DNA of 40,172 nt, from positions 1 through 40,172 of the forward strand of contig JAXLQJ010000065.1 of the NCBI GenBank assembly GCA_046331705.1, in the 5' to 3' direction. The notes under the pieces were generated by a model. That model was not told the origin of the DNA and did no database searches. It saw only the letters and a list, made by a program, of their open reading frames with translations. This document shows, piece after piece, positions 33,867-40,172 of the stretch; position 1 is the stretch's first letter; every line of letters starts with the position of its first letter. Both the position numbers and the translations under genes were made by a program. The DNA comes from a bacterium (GTDB taxonomy: Bacteria; JADJOY01).

Positions 33867-36629
33867 TCAACACTCCGAATAGCCGCACGAGAAGCACTTG
33901 AAACAGCCGTCCACGTTGGCCGCGGTGGCGTTGCCGCAGTCCGGACACACCTGCATGAAGGCGCCGCCCGTCGGCGCGCCGCTACGCGCCATCACGGTGC
34001 CTTCGGTCGCCGCCGCGCTGGCCGCCATGGTCGCCTCGCCCAGCGCGGCGCTGGCGGGGGTGCCGATGATCCGCGACTGATCGAGGTGCTCGAGCAGCTT
34101 CTCGAGGCAGCGCCCGATCCCGTCGGGCACGCTGCGCACACGGTCGGGGCCGAAGCCCACCGAGCGGCTGGTCGCGATACCGCGGATCTGCTCGATGGCG
34201 AGCTCGAGACGGGTGCGGGACGGGATCTCGACGTTGAGGCGCAACAGCAAGCTGATGAGCCGTCCGATCGCGTCGGTATCCGCGTCCGTGTCGCTGCCCG
34301 CCTTGGACAGCGTGACGAACACGTCGAAGGGCGATTGCGTGCCCGGCTCGGTGTTGAGGGTCACGTGCACGCGGCCGATGGGCGTCTGGACGGAATGGGT
34401 GAACCCCTGGCGAGGCACGTGCGGCAATCGCTTGACCGGCTCGATGACGGTGGGTTTCGGTGGTGCGGCCGGCTGCGCTGTCGCGACCGCGGTGCTGGGC
34501 TCGGCCTCCGGCAGCTTCACGAGGACCTGCTCCTCGCGCGAGCGGTCGCGGTAGACGGTGCCGCCCTTGCAGCCGAGCTCGTAGAGCTTCCGGTAGAAGG
34601 TCTTCACGTCTTCCACCGAGAAGTCGTGCGGCAGGTTGCAGGTCTTGGAGATCGCCGAGTCCACGTACTTCTGCGCCACCGCCATCATCTCGACGTGGTC
34701 GAGCGGGCTCAGGTCCTCGGTGGTGCGGAACTGGGGCGGCAGCTCGGTGGTGTTCGCCGGCAGCGCCATCGCCTGGCAGTAGTCGGTGACCACCGCCTCG
34801 TTGACCAGGTGCGAGCCGAGGCGCCCGCGCCGCTCGAACTGGAACATGAAGAACGGCTCGATGCCGGTGCTGGTCGCCATCATGGTGCCGGTCGTGCCGG
34901 TGGGCGCCACCGTCAGCAGCGTCACGTTGCGCACGCCGTGGTTCCGGATCCGCTCCCGCAGCCGCTCCGGCAGATTGCGGGTGAACTCGCTCTCCAGGAA
35001 CTTGTCGGCGTTGAAGCGGGGGAACGGTCCCTTGATCCGGGCCAGCTCCACGGATTCGTCGATCGCCGCGTTGCGGATCGTCTCGAAGACCGCGTCCACG
35101 ACCGCGAGCGCGATTCGCGATCCGTAGGGAACGCCGATCTTGACCAAGAGCTCGGCGAGCCCCATCACGCCGAGGCCCACCCGGCGCTCGGTCTTCTGCT
35201 GGCGCTCGTTCTCGACGAAGAAGTAGGTGGTGGCGTCGATCACGTTGTCGAGGAAATGGATGCCGGTCTGGGTCATGCGGCGCAGCTTGTCGAGATCGAC
35301 GCGATCGAGCGCCTTGTCGAGGGCCTCGGCCTTGGCCCGCGCGCTGCCGTTGGTGCCGTTCGCTCCGATCTCGAGCGCCTCGTCGCCGAGGGTCGGCCAG
35401 AAGCCGATGCCGTCGGGCGAGCTCCGCACGAACTCGGCCAGGTTGAGCGCGCCGAGATTGCACACGCCCCAGGGCGGCAACGGCTGCTCGCCGCACGGAT
35501 TGGTGCACCGGATCGGCTGATAGTAGTGGCTGTTCGAGTAGCGGTTGACGCGATCGACGAAGAAGAGGCCGGGCTCGGCCGAAGCCCACGCCGACTGGCA
35601 GATCTTGTCGTAGAGCGAGCGCGCCTTGACGGTGCGGTAGGTGGCGACCTTCTTCCCCGCGGCTTTCCAGGAGTCGAGGTTGCCGTCCCAGATCTGGTCG
35701 TACTCGGGATCGGTGCGATCGGGGAACACCAGCGGCCAGTCGGCGTCGTTCTCGACGGCCTGCATGAAGGAGTCCGAGATGCCCACCGAGATGTTGGCGT
35801 TGTCGAGGACGCCCGCCTTGCGCTTCGCCTCGACGAAGTGCTCGATGTCCGGGTGCCACACGTCCATGATGATCATGAGCGCGCCGCGCCGGCTGCCGCC
35901 CTGCTCGACCTTGCCCGTGATGAACGAGTAGAGGTCCGCCCACGACACCGCGCCCGAGGAACGACCGTTGACGCCGATCACCGAGTCGTAGCGCGGGCGA
36001 AGGCTCGAGACGTTGATGCCGACGCCGCCGCCGCGGCTCATGATCTCGAATTGCTGGGCGGCGGTCTCGAGGATCCCCTTGCGCGAGTCCTTCGGGCTGG
36101 GGATGACGAAGCAGTTGTAGAACGTGAGGTCGCCCGCGGCGCCGGCGCCGGCGAGGATGCGCCCACCCGGCACGAAGGCGCGCGTGGCCAGGCTCTCGTA
36201 GAAGCGGGCCTCCGCGCGGCGCCGATCCGCTTCGTTCGTTTCCGCCTGCGCGATCGCGGTGGCGACACGCTTCGCCATCTGGTTCCAGGTGAGCTCGAGC
36301 GGCTTGTCGACGTAGTCCATCGAGAGGGTGAGCGGCGTGCCCTGCGGCTCGCTGCGTGGCCGCACCGAGACTTCGCCCCGATCGGCCAGCACACCCGTGA
36401 CCACCCCGATCTCACGCTGCCGCCACTTCTCGTCCTCGTGCGGGTTGGGGCAGTACACGACGACGTCGCCGATGGCGATGTCTCGCTTGTTCGCGGACTT
36501 CAACGCGTAGCGGTCGAGGAAGATCTTCTCGGCCAGCTCGGTGCGGAAGTCGTTCGATTCCGTCGTCGCGGCGGCGGGGGTCGCGGCGGCGGGATGATTC
36601 TCGACGGTGCCCTTGAGCAACATGGTCAT
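33867..36629 (-). CDS. nrdJ: Adenosylcobalamin-dependent (class II) ribonucleotide reductase
   Basis: FLDRY, PGGRIL, YNCFV, SRGGGVG, RRGALM, TNPCGEQ, VAPTGT, DSAISKTCN and YRDRSR motifs. C-terminal TSCPD-like region (SVPD) and CPDC..GCFKCFSCGYSEC zinc ribbon. AAGGA RBS. Confidence 0.96.
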   Translation of the reverse strand: MTMLLKGTVENHPAAATPAAATTESNDFRTELAEKIFLDRYALKSANKRDIAIGDVVVYCPNPHEDEKWRQREIGVVTGVLADRGEVSVRPRSEPQGTPLTLSMDYVDKPLELTWNQMAKRVATAIAQAETNEADRRRAEARFYESLATRAFVPGGRILAGAGAAGDLTFYNCFVIPSPKDSRKGILETAAQQFEIMSRGGGVGINVSSLRPRYDSVIGVNGRSSGAVSWADLYSFITGKVEQGGSRRGALMIIMDVWHPDIEHFVEAKRKAGVLDNANISVGISDSFMQAVENDADWPLVFPDRTDPEYDQIWDGNLDSWKAAGKKVATYRTVKARSLYDKICQSAWASAEPGLFFVDRVNRYSNSHYYQPIRCTNPCGEQPLPPWGVCNLGALNLAEFVRSSPDGIGFWPTLGDEALEIGANGTNGSARAKAEALDKALDRVDLDKLRRMTQTGIHFLDNVIDATTYFFVENERQQKTERRVGLGVMGLAELLVKIGVPYGSRIALAVVDAVFETIRNAAIDESVELARIKGPFPRFNADKFLESEFTRNLPERLRERIRNHGVRNVTLLTVAPTGTTGTMMATSTGIEPFFMFQFERRGRLGSHLVNEAVVTDYCQAMALPANTTELPPQFRTTEDLSPLDHVEMMAVAQKYVDSAISKTCNLPHDFSVEDVKTFYRKLYELGCKGGTVYRDRSREEQVLVKLPEAEPSTAVATAQPAAPPKPTVIEPVKRLPHVPRQGFTHSVQTPIGRVHVTLNTEPGTQSPFDVFVTLSKAGSDTDADTDAIGRLISLLLRLNVEIPSRTRLELAIEQIRGIATSRSVGFGPDRVRSVPDGIGRCLEKLLEHLDQSRIIGTPASAALGEATMAASAAATEGTVMARSGAPTGGAFMQVCPDCGNATAANVDGCFKCFSCGYSEC

Positions 36630-36904
36630 CGGCGAGTCCTTTCTCGTGAGCGTGGAGGGTGGGCGCGGAAGGATCGGGCGTGCGGTGCTGAGGCGTGACT
36701 ACGAGCGCACGGCGCGGGAGCCGCCGTGCGGCGCGGTGGTGCTTGAAGCGGGTGCGGGAGGCTCCGTTCGCGGCGCTCGCGCTCGCGGTCCGATCGCCCC
36801 CCACCCGGCGAAACCCGTGACATTCGCGTTCGTCGCTGGGTCGTTCACGGCGATGGCGATGCTCCTCGAGCCAGGTGCAAGGCTCGACGCCGAACTGCGA
36901 AAAT

Positions 36905-36952
36905 CCACAAGATGAAGTGGGGCGGGAATCGGGTCACCACAAGCAGTAGTGG
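36905..36952. promoter_or_regulatory. Tandem NrdR boxes
   Basis: CCACAAGATGAAGTGG (36905-36920) and CCACAAGCAGTAGTGG (36937-36952). These are 16-mers 32 bp apart, just downstream of the nrdJ -10 element. Confidence 0.85.
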
Positions 36953-36956
36953 CGCG

Positions 36957-36985
36957 AGAGTACCGATCGCCCCACGTGTTGTCAA
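36957..36985 (-). promoter_or_regulatory. sigma70 promoter of nrdJ
   Basis: TTGACA-N17-TACTCT. Confidence 0.8.
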
Positions 36986-37042
36986 GGCGATTTCCGTCCA
37001 GAAAAGCGCGTGCGCACACCGCGAATTCCTCGCGGGAATCGA

Positions 37043-37072
37043 TTGACGCCATCGTGCCCGCGACCGTACGCT
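37043..37072 (+). promoter_or_regulatory. sigma70-type promoter for the genes starting at 37140
   Basis: TTGACG-N18-TACGCT. Confidence 0.55.
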
Positions 37073-37139
37073 CCGCGCCCGTGAATTCCCGCTGTTTTCG
37101 TGAATCGCGTCGCCGCGGCGACCACTCGAACGGCTGCGC

Positions 37140-37862
37140 ATGATGCCCGCGAAAGCGTTGCTGACGGCGGCCGTGTGGTGGGTCGTGCTGATCCGGCTGG
37201 GCGGCGATCCCGAGTCGATCGCGCTCGCCAGCGTGATCGCCGCGCTCGGTGGAGCGCTCGCGGGGGGCGCCTGGCGGGGGCTCGTCGTGGCGATCCTGCT
37301 GGTCGCGGGGCGCGAGCTGGTGCGCTCGCCGCTGGCGTTCGAGCCGTTGCGCCGCGCGCTGACCGATCACGCGTCCATCGCATCGTTGCGCAGCGTGCTC
37401 GCGCCCTGGCTCGCTCCGGCGTTGGCCGGCTTCGTGTGTGGCTGGGCCGCACGCCAGGCGGCGCCGAGCGGGCCGCCCGCGCCCTTCGACGCGATCCCCG
37501 CGGATGCGTCCGGGCGCGGCGCGCCGAGCTCCGTGTGGGCGCGAGCTCGCGTCGCTCATCCGGATGCGGCGCTCGCGTGGCTGGTGCGTCGCCGCCAGTG
37601 GGACGCGGCGGCTCGCTTCGCCGAGCAGCTCGGCATGCCGCGCAGCGCTGCCCGGTGGTGGAGCGCGGCGCAGGCGCCCCAGGAAGCCGCCCGCGTCGCC
37701 GCCGGTCTCGGGAGCGCGCGCGCGGGATCCGGCACGCGCACGCTCGAGCTGGGCGATCGGATGGAACGTACCGGCCCCGCCTCGGACACCGCCTCGAAGC
37801 TCGAGCTCGAGAACGTGCGAGCGGCGCGTCCGCGCCCGCGGGACGAGGACCCGGACTCGTGA
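37140..37862 (+). CDS. Hypothetical membrane protein
   Basis: Three to four hydrophobic helices at the N-terminus. Stop overlaps the next start (GTGA). Promoter upstream. Confidence 0.55.
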   Translation: MMPAKALLTAAVWWVVLIRLGGDPESIALASVIAALGGALAGGAWRGLVVAILLVAGRELVRSPLAFEPLRRALTDHASIASLRSVLAPWLAPALAGFVCGWAARQAAPSGPPAPFDAIPADASGRGAPSSVWARARVAHPDAALAWLVRRRQWDAAARFAEQLGMPRSAARWWSAAQAPQEAARVAAGLGSARAGSGTRTLELGDRMERTGPASDTASKLELENVRAARPRPRDEDPDS

Positions 37863-38842
37863 CGGCTCGCCGTGCGTCGGGCGCTCGACTCGCCCCGATC
37901 GTCGCATGTCTGCTCGCGTTGACGGGCAGCGCTGGCTACGCCCGGCACGCCTGGGCGGGGATGTACACGTGGGTCGACGACGAGGGCGACCGCCACCTGG
38001 TGGACTCGCGCGAGAAGGTGCCGGCCAAGTACCGCGGCAAGGCGCGCGAGGTGGGGAACGAGGACGCAGCCGCCCCGACGGGCAATCGCTCCGCGCCGCG
38101 CGGCGACACCGAGCGGGCTCCTTCCTCCTCCTCCGAATCTCCGCTGCGCGAGGCGCCGCGCCCGCCGTCCCGCGCCGCCGAGAAGCGCGCCTCGACGAAC
38201 ACCGATGCCGGGGGATCGTTCTGGGACCGGCTGCGCGCTGCACGGGTTGCGGGGAACGCGCACCTTCCGCCGCTTCGGCCACTGCTCGAGCGTGCGTTTC
38301 CCGCCCAGCAGCTGCCGCGGCTGGCGCTGGTGGCCTGGCTCGTGGCGCTGGTGGTGCGCGCCATCCATGCGCTGCGTGCGCGGCGCGCGTCCCGCGGGCT
38401 GGGTGCGTTCGCCGACGACTACAGCCGCTTCGTGCGCGGCAGCGTCGACCGCCCGGACGAGGCGAGGGCGGCCGCGCTGGAGAGCCGGTTGCCGCGGGTC
38501 CACGGTTGGGTGCGCGCGGCCGCCGTGGGCCCGACGACCATCGGCGTGAGCCGGGAAGTGGCGCTCGGGCGAGTCGTCGACGAGGGTCGTCTCGACGTCG
38601 TCACCGCGAGTCTCACGAGGCCTGGCGTCGTGAGCGCGCACACGCTGGCGATCGTGAGGCGAGCGCAAGGCGTTCACCGCCATCGCGCGCGCCGACCGTT
38701 CACGCCGCTGGGATGGCTCGAGACGGCGGTGTTCCTGCCGCGCTATCTGGTGTGGGCGTGCGATCGTGAGCAGAGCGGGGCGCTGCGCGTCCTTCAATCC
38801 GGCTACTGGCTGTGGTGGCTGGCGTGGGCATGCGCGTGGTGA
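37859..38842 (+). CDS. DUF4124-like domain protein with C-terminal membrane segments
   Basis: Signal peptide ending AWA, then MYTWVDDEGDRHLVDSREKVPAKYR, a low-complexity linker and hydrophobic segments. Confidence 0.7.
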   Translation: MTARRASGARLAPIVACLLALTGSAGYARHAWAGMYTWVDDEGDRHLVDSREKVPAKYRGKAREVGNEDAAAPTGNRSAPRGDTERAPSSSSESPLREAPRPPSRAAEKRASTNTDAGGSFWDRLRAARVAGNAHLPPLRPLLERAFPAQQLPRLALVAWLVALVVRAIHALRARRASRGLGAFADDYSRFVRGSVDRPDEARAAALESRLPRVHGWVRAAAVGPTTIGVSREVALGRVVDEGRLDVVTASLTRPGVVSAHTLAIVRRAQGVHRHRARRPFTPLGWLETAVFLPRYLVWACDREQSGALRVLQSGYWLWWLAWACAW

Positions 38843-38888
38843 CGAGCGGGCCGCGATTCGTCGCGGAGACGCACGAGGGTGAGGCGAC

Positions 38889-39476
38889 GTGGCGGAGCTG
38901 ACTCGCCAGGAGCTCGACGAGTGGGTGCGAAGCGGGCGCAGCCTGGAGGGCATGCGTCTCGACTACCTGAACCTCGACGGGTTGGTGCTGAACGGCGCCC
39001 GCCTGCGGGGCGTCGACCTGGTGCACGCGAGCTTGCGCGGCGCGAGCCTGGCGCAAGTGGATCTGCGCGAGGCGAACCTCTCGTACGCCACGCTCGACAC
39101 GGCCGACCTGACCGCCGCCAACCTGGAGGGCGCGGTGCTGGCGAAGGCCTCGCTCGCGGGCGCGGTGTTGCGGCAGGCCATCCTGCGCGACGCGCATCTC
39201 GCGAGCGCCTGCCTGCACAAGGCCGACGCGCGCAACGCGCTCGCGCGTGGCGCCGTGTTCCGCCGGGCCAACCTGGTGGATGCCGAGCTCTCGGGTGCCG
39301 ATCTGCAGGGCGTCGACCTGCGCTGGGCGGATCTCACCGCGGCGCGCTTGCGACGCGCGCGTCTGGTGGGCGCCCAGCTGGACGGAGTGATCGCGGACGA
39401 TACCGATGTCGCGGGTGCGACCTTCGATCCAGGCTTGGTCTGGCCGCCGCGGCGGACGGCGGTGGTGGGGCGCTGA
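38889..39476 (+). CDS. Pentapeptide repeat protein
   Basis: Continuous A(D/N/S)Lxx pentapeptide repeats. GAGG RBS before the GTG. Confidence 0.92.
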   Translation: MAELTRQELDEWVRSGRSLEGMRLDYLNLDGLVLNGARLRGVDLVHASLRGASLAQVDLREANLSYATLDTADLTAANLEGAVLAKASLAGAVLRQAILRDAHLASACLHKADARNALARGAVFRRANLVDAELSGADLQGVDLRWADLTAARLRRARLVGAQLDGVIADDTDVAGATFDPGLVWPPRRTAVVGR

Positions 39477-39522
39477 GCGTCGCGGGGCTCGCGCGAGCGA
39501 GCGTCCCGCCCTGCCGTGCCGG

Positions 39523-40172
39523 TCAGTGCTTCCGAGCGACGGCGAGCCAGCCGCGCCCGCACGACCCGAGGGCGGGGTCGGCAGCAAGCCTGCCCTCGAG
39601 CGCGAGCAACGCCGCGCGATCGGCGGGCGTGAGCGCGCGCTCGGGATCGAGCGTCGCGGACCACGGACCCTCCAGCACGTGGTGGTGGCTCACCAGCGCG
39701 ACGGGCTCCAGTCCGGCGTCGACGAGCAATGCTTCGAGTGCCCGCGAATCGAAGTAGCGGACGAAGAGATCGTCGGGACGGTGCAGGACGCGGCCGTCGA
39801 GGGCTCGTGCCAGCTCGTCGGGATCGAGACCCCGGGCAGCGAGCAGACCGCCCGGCCACGCTTCGACGCTGACACAGGCGATGCCGCCGGGGCGCAGCAC
39901 GCGCGCGAGCTCCGCCACGGCGGAGCCCGGCTCTTCGAGATAGCAGCAGACCTCGATCGAGAGCGCGGCGTCGAACGAACCCGACGGCAGCTCGCCCACG
40001 TCGTAGGCGCTTCCCAATCCCAGCGTCACGTCGAGATCCGTGGTGGCGAGCGCCGCCGCCGCGTCGGCGAGCGCCGCGGCACTCGCGTCCACCAGCGTCA
40101 CGCGGCAACCCTGCTCGGCCAACGGCAGCGCCAGGCGGCCGGTGCCGCCGCCCAGATCGAGCAGGCGCGGGT
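39523..40172 (-). CDS. Class I SAM-dependent methyltransferase (5' end outside the window)
   Basis: The frame stays open to the window end: RLLDLGGGTGRLALPLAEQG...VDAS...FDAAL...ELARVLRPGG. Confidence 0.88.
   Translation of the reverse strand, partial: PRLLDLGGGTGRLALPLAEQGCRVTLVDASAAALADAAAALATTDLDVTLGLGSAYDVGELPSGSFDAALSIEVCCYLEEPGSAVAELARVLRPGGIACVSVEAWPGGLLAARGLDPDELARALDGRVLHRPDDLFVRYFDSRALEALLVDAGLEPVALVSHHHVLEGPWSATLDPERALTPADRAALLALEGRLAADPALGSCGRGWLAVARKH

Noticed and set aside
33702-36698. 998-aa plus-strand ORF (similarly 21758-24448 minus, 17834-19531 plus, 13717-15444 plus)
   Set aside because: Antisense shadows of real genes, expected in high-GC DNA with strong codon bias; no motifs
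38940-39420. 15-bp periodic DNA repeats as a possible array
   Set aside because: Explained by pentapeptide repeat coding; no repeat-spacer structure and no cas genes
1-40172. tRNA, rRNA, IS elements, integrases, prophage
   Set aside because: None recognised by eye. Intergenic gaps are short and composition looks uniform. A covariance-model scan would be needed to exclude small RNAs.

Overview
High-GC (roughly 70%) chromosomal segment from a diderm bacterium. LptF, sigma54/NtrBC, a TsaP-like LysM protein and DUF4124 suggest a Deltaproteobacteria-like lineage (Myxococcota/Binatota-type); this is inference. It holds about 33 densely packed genes. Housekeeping and cofactor genes dominate: 5' part of rho, rluD-pgeF, meaB, ribF, lptF, GT2-mobA, ntrB-ntrC, thiE-thiD, a B12-binding radical SAM enzyme, methyltransferase/GT-C-like genes running into the F420 genes cofD-cofC-cofE, a sulfatase-like hydrolase, and class II RNR nrdJ with tandem NrdR boxes. 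I saw no rRNA, tRNA, CRISPR or mobile element. The most unusual items are: (1) a 688-aa orphan protein whose class III nucleotide-cyclase core has non-canonical base-specificity residues, behind a clear sigma54 promoter; (2) a NarL-type regulator with a D-to-E pseudo-receiver and a C-terminal AT-hook, probably leaderless, with a 7-2-7 inverted repeat upstream; (3) F420 genes with a divergent CofC substrate pocket; (4) an amidohydrolase that has lost most metal ligands; (5) a tandem GRAM/PH-like protein next to a very long exported coiled-coil protein. All product calls come from motif recognition, not database searches.
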